From Armatimonadota bacterium (lineage in GTDB: Bacteria; Armatimonadota; SYMT01), in NCBI GenBank assembly GCA_041690135.1, contig JAWLHY010000002.1, forward strand, positions 1,040,342 to 1,104,341: a stretch of DNA of 64,000 bases, read 5' to 3'. Positions within the stretch are counted from its first letter, which is position 1. Each line of letters begins with the position of its first letter. The notes below the pieces were generated by a model, which saw nothing but the letters and a program-made list of their open reading frames with translations, did no database searches and was not told the DNA's origin. This document shows, one piece after another, positions 37,825 to 48,219 of the stretch. A program made the position numbers and the translations under genes.

Positions 37825-40533
37825 TCAGTCGAGGAACTTCGGCACGTCGATCCAGCGGATGAACGGCAGGTCCAGGAGCTTCTCCAGGCGTTCCACGGGG
37901 ACGGTCCCGAGGACGACGCGGCCGGGGATCAGCTCACTGGCGGAGGTGAAGCCCAGCGCCTTCAGTTTGCGGAGCGCGTCCTGGGGCGGATCCACCAGCC
38001 AGAGTTGCAGGGTGACTCGACCCTTGCGGACTTCCGGCAGGCCCGGCTTATCGAGCGTGCCGTTCTTCCCCTCCGCCTGGAGCTGGCGGGAGAGGTCGTG
38101 AAGAACCGGGGCGAGACGTTCCTGCTTAGGAGCCGCGGGCACGTCATTGTTACGGGAGCTCTGCCCCTTCGCCTGGCCCTCCCGTTCGGCGAGCTTGTTG
38201 ACCGCAGGGCGGTCGGACGCCGGGCGGGAGGTAGCGGGGGTTTCTATCCGCGGCAGGCTTTGCTTCTCCGCCGGCGCCGCCGTGGGTCCGGGTGCCGCAC
38301 CCCGCGGAACGGGCGAAAACACCTGGGCCGGCGCCGGGAGCTTCTTTGTCGCGGAGAGGGCGCCACCCGCTGAATACTGGTAGAACCGGCTGGCACGGCC
38401 GAAAGCGGTTCCGCCGGCCGCGCCCAGAAGGCGCATTCCACGGGTCCGCGCGCCGCTTTCATCCTCGGCCCCAAAGATGCCGTCGTAAGAGACGCCCACG
38501 GGCATTTCCACGGGCACGTCCACGCGCCGCTGGCGGCCGCCGACGTTCACCACCCGCTCTTCTACCGCCACGAAGGAGGTGTGTTGACTCATCAGGCGGA
38601 AGTCCAGCGCCAGGCCGACAATGGCGTCCTGGATCTTGGGGTCGGGGTTGCCGGTCTGCTCTCCCAGCCAGTCCTGGGCCTGGAGATCCTCAATCTTCTC
38701 CCGCGCCCAGAGGACAGGTAGCGCCTCGCCATCGCCGGCCGCGGCCGGCAGCGCGACGCGCACGCGCTCGCTCCAGGGTTTTCCGCGCAGAAGGCCGCGC
38801 ACGGTGATCTCCCCCCGGCCGGGTGTGGTGTAGCGGCCTTTGAGGATGATGGGACCGGCGGAGAAGACGTCCGGGATCTGCCGGGGGAACACCTCGTCGA
38901 TGGGCATCCCGTTCCAGTCTACCGCGACGTCCAGCAGCAGCGGCTTGGCGACCCTCGCATGGAACTTCGACGCGGCCTCTACGCCCGGCGTGTTCAGGGT
39001 GACGTAGTAGGGGACCCCTCGGCCCTCCGCGGCCATCCGGTCGATGAGGAACCGGTTGACCGAGTTGCCGATCCCGAAGGGGAACATCCGCGCGCGACCC
39101 CGGTTCTTCCGGATGTAGTCGATGATCTGCATGTCGTTGCCGACGTAGCCATCGGTCATGTAGCAGATGATGCGCGGCCGGGCGGGATCGTCGGGAAGCT
39201 TGAGCGCGTAGTCCACCGACTTCAGAATGTCCGTGCCGCCCCGGCCTTCGATCGGTTCCAGGAAGCGGAGCGCCTGCTGGATGTTCGACTCGGTGACGGG
39301 AACGGGCTGGCCGAAGCAGGGGAACACCTGGGTGTTGAAGCCGATGAGCTGGAAGGTGTCGCCGGGGTTCAGGTTCTCGATGCAGTACCGCATCGTCTCC
39401 TTGGACTTCTGGATTGGCCAGCCGGACTGGGAGCCGGTCTGGTCGATCACGAACACCATCTCCTTGGGCGCGACCTCCGCTGGGGCCGGCGCGGACGGCG
39501 GCTGCAGGATCAGCGTGAAGTACCCGCCCTTGCCCTCTGCCTGGGCAAGGACGCCGGTCTGGATCCGGTCGCCGTCTACCCGGTACTTCAGGATGAAGTC
39601 CTGGTTCGGGAGGGTCTTCTGCTCCCGGAGCTTCACCACCAGGTGCTCCGGCGCTCGCTTATCGACCGTGATCTCGTGGAGCTGTGACCGGATTTCCCGG
39701 ACCGGGAACCCCGCCTTGAGCTCGACCTGAAGGGAGAGATCGTGCCCGGCGCGCGTGGCCGGAGGGGTGATCGGGGGCGTGATCTTGTCCGCGTCGGTTA
39801 CCACGGAGACGGCGCCGGGTTGCGGATCGACCCGGGCGGAGGGGCTGGGGTCGCCCCGGCGACCGGGCGCGGAGTAGCCTCCATCCGGCGTGTACCGCGG
39901 CCCCACCACCATCGGGAAGCTGAACTCGTATTCGCCGGCGTCGTACTTCAGCAAGTTCACGTAGCTGATGGCGATGCGGATCTTCTGGCCCGGCATCAGG
40001 TTCGCCACCGACTGGGTGAAGATATTCGGCCGCTCCTGATCCAGCAGCGCCGCGGACTGGCCCGCCGCCTTTGCGGCCTCGTAAATCTTCCGCGCCTCGT
40101 CCCGCTGCTTGATCCGGCCGCGGATGACGCGGTCCCCGATCTTCATCGTCATGTCATCCACTGCTGCATCGTCCGGCAGCGGGAAGGTGTAGACGGCTTC
40201 GACCGGCCCCTTTGCGGTGTTCTCGAACTGCTGCTCGACTTCCACCCGCGCCACGAAGCCGGAGATCTGCGCCTTCACTGCCGTGTGCTTGAGCGGGCAT
40301 TCCCCGGCGGGGCGTCCCTCCCGGTCGACCAGCGCCAGTTGCCCGGCGGGAGACGGCGGGGGCGGTTTGATCGTGAGCCCCTGCGTCTCGTCCGGGTTTC
40401 CGGCGGGTGCGGCGGGCGGGGTGGAAAGGGGCTTTGCCGGTACCGGAGCCTGAACGGCGCTCCGGCCGGCGGAACAGACGCCTGCCAGCAGCAGGCCCGC
40501 GAAGGTCGCGGTGAGTGGAGAAATCCGGCGCAT
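37825..40533 (-). CDS. Secreted VIT + von Willebrand A domain protein
   Basis: EAVYTFPLPDDAAV, LLDQERPNIFTQSVAN (VIT); FVIDQTGSQSG MIDAS, GGT, MTDG; LWAREKI, TSFVAVE. Confidence 0.92.
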   Translation of the reverse strand: MRRISPLTATFAGLLLAGVCSAGRSAVQAPVPAKPLSTPPAAPAGNPDETQGLTIKPPPPSPAGQLALVDREGRPAGECPLKHTAVKAQISGFVARVEVEQQFENTAKGPVEAVYTFPLPDDAAVDDMTMKIGDRVIRGRIKQRDEARKIYEAAKAAGQSAALLDQERPNIFTQSVANLMPGQKIRIAISYVNLLKYDAGEYEFSFPMVVGPRYTPDGGYSAPGRRGDPSPSARVDPQPGAVSVVTDADKITPPITPPATRAGHDLSLQVELKAGFPVREIRSQLHEITVDKRAPEHLVVKLREQKTLPNQDFILKYRVDGDRIQTGVLAQAEGKGGYFTLILQPPSAPAPAEVAPKEMVFVIDQTGSQSGWPIQKSKETMRYCIENLNPGDTFQLIGFNTQVFPCFGQPVPVTESNIQQALRFLEPIEGRGGTDILKSVDYALKLPDDPARPRIICYMTDGYVGNDMQIIDYIRKNRGRARMFPFGIGNSVNRFLIDRMAAEGRGVPYYVTLNTPGVEAASKFHARVAKPLLLDVAVDWNGMPIDEVFPRQIPDVFSAGPIILKGRYTTPGRGEITVRGLLRGKPWSERVRVALPAAAGDGEALPVLWAREKIEDLQAQDWLGEQTGNPDPKIQDAIVGLALDFRLMSQHTSFVAVEERVVNVGGRQRRVDVPVEMPVGVSYDGIFGAEDESGARTRGMRLLGAAGGTAFGRASRFYQYSAGGALSATKKLPAPAQVFSPVPRGAAPGPTAAPAEKQSLPRIETPATSRPASDRPAVNKLAEREGQAKGQSSRNNDVPAAPKQERLAPVLHDLSRQLQAEGKNGTLDKPGLPEVRKGRVTLQLWLVDPPQDALRKLKALGFTSASELIPGRVVLGTVPVERLEKLLDLPFIRWIDVPKFLD

Positions 40534-40923
40534 CAGTTCCCTCCCGGTAGAAGTCTCGGGAAAACGGTCGTTCGGCCGTTAGATGCGCCCGGAAAAGAGA
40601 GGGTTACGCTGCCGGGCGTACACCCATTCCCTCTCTTCAGGCTGGCCCGCCGGGGGCGGGAGAGCCGGCTCATGGGGTTCGGACACTCCGGTCCACTCCT
40701 ACTTCTTCCGTGCTACAAGACGCGTCCGGGGATGAGTTCGCTACCGCGAGCAAAAGGAGTCGCGAGTCCGGGAATGCTTCCAGCGGGAGCGGGGTGGGAG
40801 TGCTGCCGAGCACACAAAGGCGCGCTGTCCGCTCTCGCTTGCGATCCGTTCGTTTGGTATCGGCCGCTTGTGGGAAAGAGAAAGGAACTCCTGGCTCGGG
40901 TTTGCTGTACTTTTTGACCTACT

Positions 40924-41550
40924 ATGGAGTGGACCTACTGCCTGAACTGCGGTGCCCAGCAATTGCCGGGATGCGATGCGTGCCCGGCCTGCGCGCCTCC
41001 GCAGGACGATGTTGTGTCTTCCGTAAGCGCCGCGGACGAGGTGACCCACCAGCCGTTGTCGGTCGTAATCCGTTCGATCTGGCTGGCGCAGGTGAGCGCG
41101 GCCCTGGGTGGATTGTTGTTTGCCCTAGGAATCGGCTACTGTATCGGCTACGCTTCCCGTGTGTGGGATCGGAAGGCGCCGCCACCGGTTGCCTCGTTAT
41201 CTCCCCCGCAGGCCGTGGAACCGGTGGCTTTTGCCTCGTCCGCACTCCCTCCCGCGCCTCTTGCAGCACGGGAACCCCTCCTGATGACGGCCGGGACGGC
41301 CTGGAACACCGCGACTGCTACCGCCGGTCTGATGGGGCCTCCCGCACCGGATCGGAAGGAAGAACGCGTGAGCGAGTTCTGGACCGCCCCACTACCGCGT
41401 ACGCCCGTGCATCGGAAACACGGACTGCCGGAGGTGTTGGCGCCTCGCCTCCAGCTCTACGGGCGCCAGTTTCCCGATCCTCCGAGCGTGTGGGTGTACC
41501 TTCCGCTGGAGACTCCGCCGGAGTGGCAGGGCAGCGGCATCGTTCCCTGA
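40924..41550 (+). CDS. Hypothetical membrane protein with N-terminal Zn ribbon
   Basis: CLNC...CPAC followed by one TM segment; atypical codon usage. Confidence 0.5.
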   Translation: MEWTYCLNCGAQQLPGCDACPACAPPQDDVVSSVSAADEVTHQPLSVVIRSIWLAQVSAALGGLLFALGIGYCIGYASRVWDRKAPPPVASLSPPQAVEPVAFASSALPPAPLAAREPLLMTAGTAWNTATATAGLMGPPAPDRKEERVSEFWTAPLPRTPVHRKHGLPEVLAPRLQLYGRQFPDPPSVWVYLPLETPPEWQGSGIVP

Positions 41551-41579
41551 TCCACCGGTTGGCGACCCTGGCGCGAGCC

Positions 41580-41612
41580 GTTCACGAACCTTTAACCCGC
41601 TGTTAACACAAA
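41580..41612 (+). promoter_or_regulatory. Three 11-bp direct-repeat units, PhoB/PhoP (OmpR-family) box-like
   Basis: GTTCACGAACC TTTAACCCGCT GTTAACACAAA, upstream of the CBM48 gene. Confidence 0.45.
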
Positions 41613-41801
41613 CGCCGCTCTGGCTGGTTAACCTTCCCAGGTGTAATGAGCGGTTTACAGAAGTGGCCGGTGGGTAAAGAGTTGGATTGGCCTTTTGCAA
41701 TCCGGGCAATCTAAGTACCGGGTGGGGCCCAGGCAGATACCCGCTCGGCAGGTTTGCCGCCTGCCACCACTTCCCACGCAATTTTTGGAGGTTACGAAAC
41801 C

Positions 41802-42101
41802 ATGGCAGCCAGCAGCAACGGCGCGTCGAAGCGCCGCATCACGTTCGCCGTTACCGCGCCGGAGGCGAAGGAAGTCCACATTTGCGGCACCTTCAACGAG
41901 TGGGGGGAAACCTGCACCCCCATGAAACCGGACGGAAAGGGCTCGTGGAAGGCGACGTTGATGCTCGCGCCGGGCTCTTATGAGTATCGACTGCGCGTCG
42001 ACGGTGAGTGGATCGATGATCCGGAGTGCTCGACTCGCGTGCCCAACGAGTTCGGTACCATGAACTGTGTCCGCGAAGTGCTCCCGGCCACCAAGAAGTA
42101 A
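41802..42101 (+). CDS. Stand-alone glycogen-binding CBM48/AMPK1_CBM domain protein
   Basis: APEAKEVHICGTFNEW, GSWKATLMLAPGSYEYR..VDGEWIDDP, NEFGTMN; GGAGG SD. Confidence 0.88.
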   Translation: MAASSNGASKRRITFAVTAPEAKEVHICGTFNEWGETCTPMKPDGKGSWKATLMLAPGSYEYRLRVDGEWIDDPECSTRVPNEFGTMNCVREVLPATKK

Positions 42102-42130
42102 GCCGTCGATTTGGGTTCAGGTGCGCTCCG

Positions 42131-42360
42131 CCCGTTCTGTCGCCCCTCCGGGGCTAATTGTGCAGGCGCCAAGTCCGGGGGTTCGCACCCCCGGCTATGC
42201 TCCGGTCGCCCCTTCCATACGGACGCATGCGCCGGGGCTGCAAGCGGGCTCAGGCCAGGAAACCAAGCATCCCTCCGGGGTTGCAAACGGACTCATGCCA
42301 GGAAACCAAGCATCCCTCGGGAACTGCAAACGGGTTCCTGCCGGGAAAACAGCCATCCCT
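42131..42360 (+). repeat. REP/MITE-like hairpin set (GCCCCTCCGGGGC; CCGGGGGTTCGCACCCCCGG) followed by three ~42-bp tandem repeats
   Basis: TGCAAACGG.CTC..GCCAGGAAACCAAGCATCCCT repeated at ~42239, 42282 and 42324. Confidence 0.75.
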
Positions 42361-42383
42361 ATCTCGGTGCGGCAATCTGTAGG

Positions 42384-43421
42384 TCACCAGAGGTGGAGTC
42401 GTTTGGCCACCACCAGGGCGATGCCCACCAGCAAAACGGCGGCTCCCGAGATGAGGAAGAACCCAGTCTGTCCCATCTCGTGAAGCGGAACTGCATCGAA
42501 GTTCATCCCCCAGGCTCCGAACACCGCGCCAATCACGGCGACGCAAATCGCCACCACGGTCAAGCGCTTCATCGTCTCGTTTAGCCGGTTGGAGACGATG
42601 CTTAACTGTGCTTCCAGGGCTCCGGTCGCCATGTCGCGCTCGATGTCGATCGTATCGAGAAGCCGGAGAATGTGGTCGTAGACGTCCTGGAAGTAAGGAT
42701 ACGTCTCGGCCCGGAAAACCGCGCCTTCCCGGCGCAGGAAAACGTTGAACACTTCTCGCAGCGGGTAAATTGCTTTGCGGAGGGTGTAAAGGGTGCGCTT
42801 GATGGCGAGGAGCTTTCCGGCATCGAACGCTGCGTCCTGGCCGAACATGCCGAGCTCGAGCTGGTCCAGTTGGTCTTCCAGGTCATCCACGATCGGGAAG
42901 TAAGAGTCCACCACGCTGTCGGCGATGACGTGCACGAGGAACCCCACGTGCTCCCGGAGCGCCGGTTCGGTACGCTCCCATCTTCGCATCGCTTCTTGGA
43001 GGGACGGGATCTCCCCGCGGCGCACCGTGACCACATAGTTCCGGCCGATGAAGAGGTCGAGCTCTACCAGCTCCAGCGTGCCTTCGGTTGCCACGGAGAG
43101 CGGCGCGTACATGACCACGAAGTAATAGCCCGGATATTCGTCGACCTTGGGCCGCTGCCGCTGCTTGGCGACGTCCTCCAGGGCGAGGTGGTGAAAGCCG
43201 AACTCGCGCCGCAGGAGTTCGAGCTGGGAAGTGTCCGGATTGCGCACGTCGACCCAAAGGACCGCCTCCGGATCTTTCAGCACGTCGCTGATCCGCGCCG
43301 GGCGAAGGTGCTCGCAGTGGGTAGCGCTTCCCCGACTCAGCCACACCTGGATGGGGGCCTGGGACTTCTCTCCGTGACTGGCCGCCTGCGGTTGGGCTGG
43401 GGGACGTGGTCGCTTGGGCAT
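42384..43421 (-). CDS. corA: Magnesium/cobalt transporter CorA
   Basis: LWVDV, FGFHHLALED, QRPKVDEY, YFQDVYDH, LNETMKRLT, WGMNF signature. Confidence 0.95.
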   Translation of the reverse strand: MPKRPRPPAQPQAASHGEKSQAPIQVWLSRGSATHCEHLRPARISDVLKDPEAVLWVDVRNPDTSQLELLRREFGFHHLALEDVAKQRQRPKVDEYPGYYFVVMYAPLSVATEGTLELVELDLFIGRNYVVTVRRGEIPSLQEAMRRWERTEPALREHVGFLVHVIADSVVDSYFPIVDDLEDQLDQLELGMFGQDAAFDAGKLLAIKRTLYTLRKAIYPLREVFNVFLRREGAVFRAETYPYFQDVYDHILRLLDTIDIERDMATGALEAQLSIVSNRLNETMKRLTVVAICVAVIGAVFGAWGMNFDAVPLHEMGQTGFFLISGAAVLLVGIALVVAKRLHLW

Positions 43422-43618
43422 GGGCGAGATGTCTCCGGAAGGGATTCGGGCTGCCTATGGGGGGTGTGGAAGCAATTATGTAGGTACCGCTTGCCAAATG
43501 GAGGCCGACACCCGCGCGCGGGTACCCGGCGCCGTCACTCCGGCAAGCTCCGCTGACCTCTGCGGAGAGACAGGCTCGTTCCGCGTGGTCGGAACTGTTC
43601 AGATACTTCCCCAACCCC

Positions 43619-44980
43619 TCAGATACCGCGCAGGTAGGGCAGGAAGAGGGTTGCGAGCCCGAGGAAGAAGAAGAACCCGCAGACGTCGGTAACGGTAGTC
43701 ACGAAGACGCCGGAAGACTGGGCCGGGTCGAGACGCAATGCGCGCAGTAAGACGGGGACCGAGAAGCCGGCCAGCGCCGCGGCGGTCATATTCAACAGCA
43801 TTGCCGCGAAGATGACTCCGCCCATCCAGATGTTGCCCCGCCACAACCAGACGAGGAGGCCGATCACCAGGCCGACCGCCAGCCCGTTGGCGACCCCCAG
43901 GCCCAACTCCTTGTAGAAGGTCCGCCGGGAGTTGCGCCAGTCCAGGTCGCCCAGGGCGAGGGCGCGCACGGTGACGGTGAGCGCCTGGATGCCGGCGTTT
44001 CCGCCCTGGCCCGCCACGATGGTCTGGAGCGCCGCCAGGGCCGCGACCTTCTCGATGGTGCCTTCGAACAGGCTGATCACCCAGGCGGCCAGGACGGCGG
44101 TGACGAGGTTCACGTAGAGCCACGGCAGGCGCTTCTGGAGGGACTGGCGGAAGCTGGTGTAGACGCTCTCGTCTTCCGCCACCCCGGCCAGGTGGTACAT
44201 GTCCTCGGACGCCTCTTCCTCGGCGATCTCCCGCAGCTTCTCCTGCGTGATCTGCCCGCGCAGGATGCCCCGGTTGTCGATGACGGGAATCGCCAGCAGG
44301 TGAGAACGCTGCGCCCGCGCCGCCGCCTGCTCCCGATCTTCGTTGGTGTAGGCGAAGGTCACGTCCCGCCGCATAACGTCCGCCACCGCAGTCGCCGCCG
44401 GCCGGAGGAGGAGCGCGTCGAGCGGGAGGTAGCCCCGCAGTCGCCCGATGCTATCGACCACGAACACGGCTTGAAGCTCGTCCAACTCGTCCGCCGCCGC
44501 GCGCAGGTGGGAGAGGGCTTCGCCCAGGGTCATCTGTTCCGTTACGGCCGGGGCGCCGAACGCCATGATACGCCCGGCGGATTCCTCGTCGTAACCGAGG
44601 AGCTCCCGCAGTTCACTGGCGTCTTCCGGATCGAGGCGCCGCAGGACGGCATCGGCGGTTTCCGCGTCGACCTCTTCCAGGAGGGGGAGCGCTTCGTCCG
44701 GCTCCAGGTCGGAGACCATCTCCACGAGCTGATCGGTGGGAATGTCCTCCAGCAGGTCTTCCAGCACCGTCTCATCAACCAGCGCGGCCGTCTCGCCGGC
44801 GAGATGGGGCTCGATGGCGGAGAAGATGGTATCGCGACTGGAAGGGTCCGCATGCTCCAGCAGGTCAGCCAGCACTTCGGCCGGCTGTTCCTTCAGGACC
44901 TCCCGCAGGTCCTCGTCCGCTCCCTCGCGCACCAGGTCGGCGACCCTCTCCGTAAGTGCGCGCGGATCCTGCATCTCCAT
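43619..44980 (-). CDS. mgtE: Magnesium transporter MgtE
   Basis: Acidic N-domain, YDEESAGRIM, CBS pair, KRLPWL, GGNAGIQ, DPAQSSGVFVTTVTDVCG. Confidence 0.96.
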   Translation of the reverse strand: MEMQDPRALTERVADLVREGADEDLREVLKEQPAEVLADLLEHADPSSRDTIFSAIEPHLAGETAALVDETVLEDLLEDIPTDQLVEMVSDLEPDEALPLLEEVDAETADAVLRRLDPEDASELRELLGYDEESAGRIMAFGAPAVTEQMTLGEALSHLRAAADELDELQAVFVVDSIGRLRGYLPLDALLLRPAATAVADVMRRDVTFAYTNEDREQAAARAQRSHLLAIPVIDNRGILRGQITQEKLREIAEEEASEDMYHLAGVAEDESVYTSFRQSLQKRLPWLYVNLVTAVLAAWVISLFEGTIEKVAALAALQTIVAGQGGNAGIQALTVTVRALALGDLDWRNSRRTFYKELGLGVANGLAVGLVIGLLVWLWRGNIWMGGVIFAAMLLNMTAAALAGFSVPVLLRALRLDPAQSSGVFVTTVTDVCGFFFFLGLATLFLPYLRGI

Positions 44981-45134
44981 TCCTCGTCTCCCTGCTGAAA
45001 GATCTTCCCACTACCTGATATCAGGAAAGTCGATGGCCGGTTAGAATCAGATTGGGGAAAATAGTCGCGGCGTGGCCGCCCGCTCTCTGGAGGGGGTGGA
45101 GCTCCTGCGCCACTCTGGATACCGGGAGCATACG

Positions 45135-45359
45135 ATGAAGATTCGGATCGAATACTGCACCATGTGAGGGTACGTGTCTCGCGCCGCCGGTCTGGCGGAG
45201 CAGATTCTAAGCCTTTTGAAGACGCAGGTGAAGTCGCTGGAGATCATACCCAGCAGCGGCGGGGTTTTCGAGGTTTCCGTAGACGGCGACCTGATCTTCT
45301 CCAAGAAGGAGTCGGGCCGCTTTCCGGAGTGGGAGGAGATCCGCGGCGCCCTCTCGTGA
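45135..45359 (+). CDS. SelT/SelW/SelH (Rdx) family selenoprotein, TGA 45165 read as Sec
   Basis: MKIRIEYCTM-U-GYVSRAAGLAEQIL...IPSSGGVFEVSVDGDLIFSKKESGRFPE; GGGAG SD; hairpin CCGCC-GGTCT-GGCGG ~17-31 nt after the TGA. Confidence 0.9.
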
Positions 45360-45506
45360 CCTCTGTCCCAACACCTGGGTCACCATTGCCGGCATCGGGT
45401 TGGCAGCGGCGCAGTGCAACCCATCACCCCTTCGGGGTACCCGGGCGTAGGCCTGCCCCCTTTCTCCCCTTCCCCCATTCGGTCCGGTGGGTGAGGGCCG
45501 AGACGT

Positions 45507-46994
45507 TTACCCGGTTGTCGCCATCCGGAGGATGGCTTCGAAGTCTGTGTTCGCCTCGAACCAGTCGGCCAGCCGGTCGAAGACCGGCTGGACTGCCTCT
45601 TCCTGTGATACGCCCGCGCCGAGATGTTGGAGCAGGGTGTTTCGGAGTTCGGGAGCATCGAAGAAACCGTGGAGATAGGTCCCGAAGACTTTCCCGCTGG
45701 GATCGACCCCACCTTCCGGCCGTGAGATTTTACCCTCCTTCTGGGAGCGAGTGACCGTCAGTGCCGGCATGGTCTGCCGGCCGCGGCGAGTGGTCCCGTG
45801 GTGAATCTCGTAGCCGCGGACCGGAAGTCCTTCCAGCCCCGGTAGGAGGCACCGGCCTTCCACCCGGTCGAGGGTCTTCTCCGCGGCCAGGGTAGTCTCC
45901 GCGTCCAACAGGCCCAACCCATCCATTTCCGGGTAGGCGCTCTCGATCCCTTCCGGGTCGAGAAGCCGCCTCCCAAGCATCTGGTAACCGCCGCACAGGC
46001 CGATGATCCGGCCCCCGGCGCGGGCGTGGTCCGTCAGCCGACTCGCCAGACCCCGCTCCCGCAGCCAGTAGAGATCCGCCGCCACACTGCGACTCCCGGG
46101 TAGAATCACCAGGGCGGGGTTTCCCCACTCTTCCACCCGCGTCACGTAGCGGACGCAAACCCCGGGCTCCGCCTCCAGGGGCGCAAAGTCGGTGAAGTTG
46201 GAGACGGCCGGCAGCCGGAGCACGACGACCTCCAAGGCGTCCCCCGAGTGGAGCTTTGTGTTCCGTGCGCTCAAAGCGACGGCGTCCTCTTCCTCTACCC
46301 GCAGGTCCGCCAGCCACGGCAGCACGCCGAGTGTGGGCACCCCGTACCGATGGGAGAGGTAGTCGAGCCCCGGCTGCAGCACGGTCGGGTCGCCGTGGAA
46401 CTTGTTGATGAGGAACCCCTTCACGCGGTCCCGGTCGTCCGGCGAGAGGAGTTCCAGGGTCCCCGCCAGGGAAGCGAACACGCCGCCCCGCTCGATATCT
46501 CCCACCAGTAGGACCGGGGCCTCCGCGAGGGCGGCGATCGGCATGTTGGCGCCATCCCGGTCGCGCAGGTTGATCTCGGCGGGGCTGCCCATCCCCTCCA
46601 GCACCACCACCTCGAACCGGCGGCGCAGGTCCTCCAGGGCCTCCCCGGCGATCCGGATCGCCTCGGCGGTGTGCTCCGGGCGACCGTAACCCTCGGCCAC
46701 GTAGAGCGGGCGTCCCCGCACCACCACCTGGCACCGGTGTCCCCCCAGCGGCTTGAGCAGCACCGGGTTCATGGCGGTCTCCGGCTCCACACCGCAGGCG
46801 GCGGCCTGAAAAGCCTGGGACCGGCCGATCTCCCCGCCGTCCGCGGCCACCGCGGAGTTGAGAGACATGTTTTGGGCCTTGAAGGGCGCCACCCGGTAGC
46901 CGCGCCGCGCCAGCGCCCGGCAGAGCGCCGCCGTGAGGACGCTCTTCCCCACGTGCGAGGCCGTGCCCTGAAGCATCACTGTTTGAGCAAGCAT
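45507..46994 (-). CDS. cobQ: Cobyric acid synthase CobQ/CbiP
   Basis: MLQGTASHVGKS, APFKAQNMSLNS, EGMGSPAEINL, DIERGGVFA, SNFTDF, GLCGGYQMLG, GYEIH, GTYLHG. Confidence 0.96.
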   Translation of the reverse strand: MLAQTVMLQGTASHVGKSVLTAALCRALARRGYRVAPFKAQNMSLNSAVAADGGEIGRSQAFQAAACGVEPETAMNPVLLKPLGGHRCQVVVRGRPLYVAEGYGRPEHTAEAIRIAGEALEDLRRRFEVVVLEGMGSPAEINLRDRDGANMPIAALAEAPVLLVGDIERGGVFASLAGTLELLSPDDRDRVKGFLINKFHGDPTVLQPGLDYLSHRYGVPTLGVLPWLADLRVEEEDAVALSARNTKLHSGDALEVVVLRLPAVSNFTDFAPLEAEPGVCVRYVTRVEEWGNPALVILPGSRSVAADLYWLRERGLASRLTDHARAGGRIIGLCGGYQMLGRRLLDPEGIESAYPEMDGLGLLDAETTLAAEKTLDRVEGRCLLPGLEGLPVRGYEIHHGTTRRGRQTMPALTVTRSQKEGKISRPEGGVDPSGKVFGTYLHGFFDAPELRNTLLQHLGAGVSQEEAVQPVFDRLADWFEANTDFEAILRMATTG

Positions 46995-47079
46995 GGGTCC
47001 ACAAACTTAAATATTGAGCGTACGTTAGGAAACGAAGGCAATGTGGCAATATAGAGCCAATGCCCTCCTCCGCGGCTCT

Positions 47080-47112
47080 GTTAATGCCAAGTTAACATCC
47101 CGCTAAGGGTTA
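47080..47112 (+). promoter_or_regulatory. 11-bp periodic GTTAAy repeats, PhoB/PhoP box-like
   Basis: GTTAATGCCAA GTTAACATCCC GCTAAG in the divergent cobQ/prepilin intergenic region. Confidence 0.4.
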
Positions 47113-47195
47113 GCTCAGCGGGCAGCGGTAAGGTATCTCGAAGCGGCCAATGCGGTAGACATCCGCCGGTAGCCCACTTCTGGAGGTGCTTCGTC

Positions 47196-47891
47196 ATGCG
47201 ATCTCTTCACCCTCACCGATCCCCTCGCGGCTTTACTCTCATCGAACTGCTCGTGGTGATCGCGATCATTGCCATCCTGGCCGGAATGCTGTTTCCCGTG
47301 TTCGCTCGCGCCCGGGAGGCGGCGCGGTCTGCTTCCTGCCGGTCCAACCTCAAGCAATTGGGGATGGGCTTTCTGCTCTATTCCCAGGACTACGACGGAA
47401 TGGCCGTAAGCGTGGGCCTGACTATGCCCCCGTCGGAACTGCGGGCCGGCGCCGGACGGGCGGACTGGGCCGACCACATCTACCCCTATGTCAAGAACGC
47501 GGGCCTCTACGTCTGCCCGTCGGACGCGAATCTGAAGCCGACCACCGGATACGGGATCGACGGCGGCTACGGGCTCAACTGGGTCTACTTCTCCAACTTC
47601 GCGCAGGTCCAGTCGATGGAGAGCATCGAGTTCCCGTCGGAGACGATCCTGCTGACCGACAGTACCGGCTACTACGCCGTGGGCGGCCGGGGCGGTCCCG
47701 CGAACAACTGGGTGGCCCGCCTGCGCGCCCGGCACAACGACCAGTTGAACATCGCCTGGGTGGACGGTCACGTCTCGTCGCGGCGCCTGGAAGCGATCGT
47801 CGATGACAGCCGGAACGCCGGTTTTGCCGGGATCGGCAAGAACCCCAACCCGGCGAACCCTTCACGGATCAGCTACTGGGACATGGACTGA
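47196..47891 (+). CDS. Prepilin-type N-terminal cleavage/methylation protein, DUF1559 with H-X9-DG C-terminus
   Basis: [68 protein letters not shown]. Confidence 0.92.
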   Translation: MRSLHPHRSPRGFTLIELLVVIAIIAILAGMLFPVFARAREAARSASCRSNLKQLGMGFLLYSQDYDGMAVSVGLTMPPSELRAGAGRADWADHIYPYVKNAGLYVCPSDANLKPTTGYGIDGGYGLNWVYFSNFAQVQSMESIEFPSETILLTDSTGYYAVGGRGGPANNWVARLRARHNDQLNIAWVDGHVSSRRLEAIVDDSRNAGFAGIGKNPNPANPSRISYWDMD

Positions 47892-47922
47892 CGGCGCAAA
47901 GGCACACAAGGAGATCCCCGAA

Positions 47923-48192
47923 ATGTTGAACCAGGAGCTTACTCCCGTCAAGGCCGGCGCGCTGATTGCCGCCGGGGTGCTTGGTCTCGGACTGCTGGGA
48001 TGGGCGGGCTTCCGCGGTCGCGGCGTGGCCGATGGCCCGCGGGCCGCGGTAGAGATGACCCCCGTCCGCGAGCAAATCACGGGCGAGGCGGCGCCCCAGG
48101 CTTCCGCCCCCATCGCCCCGATGTCGGACGCGGAAGCCCGCAAGCGCGAGGCCCTCGAGAACCTCAAATTCGGGGCCACGCAGTCCCGCTGA
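47923..48192 (+). CDS. Small single-TM hypothetical protein
   Basis: AAGGAG SD, TM ALIAAGVLGLGLLGWAGF; lies between two prepilin genes. Confidence 0.6.
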   Translation: MLNQELTPVKAGALIAAGVLGLGLLGWAGFRGRGVADGPRAAVEMTPVREQITGEAAPQASAPIAPMSDAEARKREALENLKFGATQSR

Positions 48193-48219
48193 ACCACGAC
48201 TATTGCAGGAACCCTTCCC

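Noticed and set aside
44981-45134. Possible M-box riboswitch upstream of mgtE
   Set aside because: The region is short, shared with the divergent selenoprotein promoter, and shows no M-box motifs.
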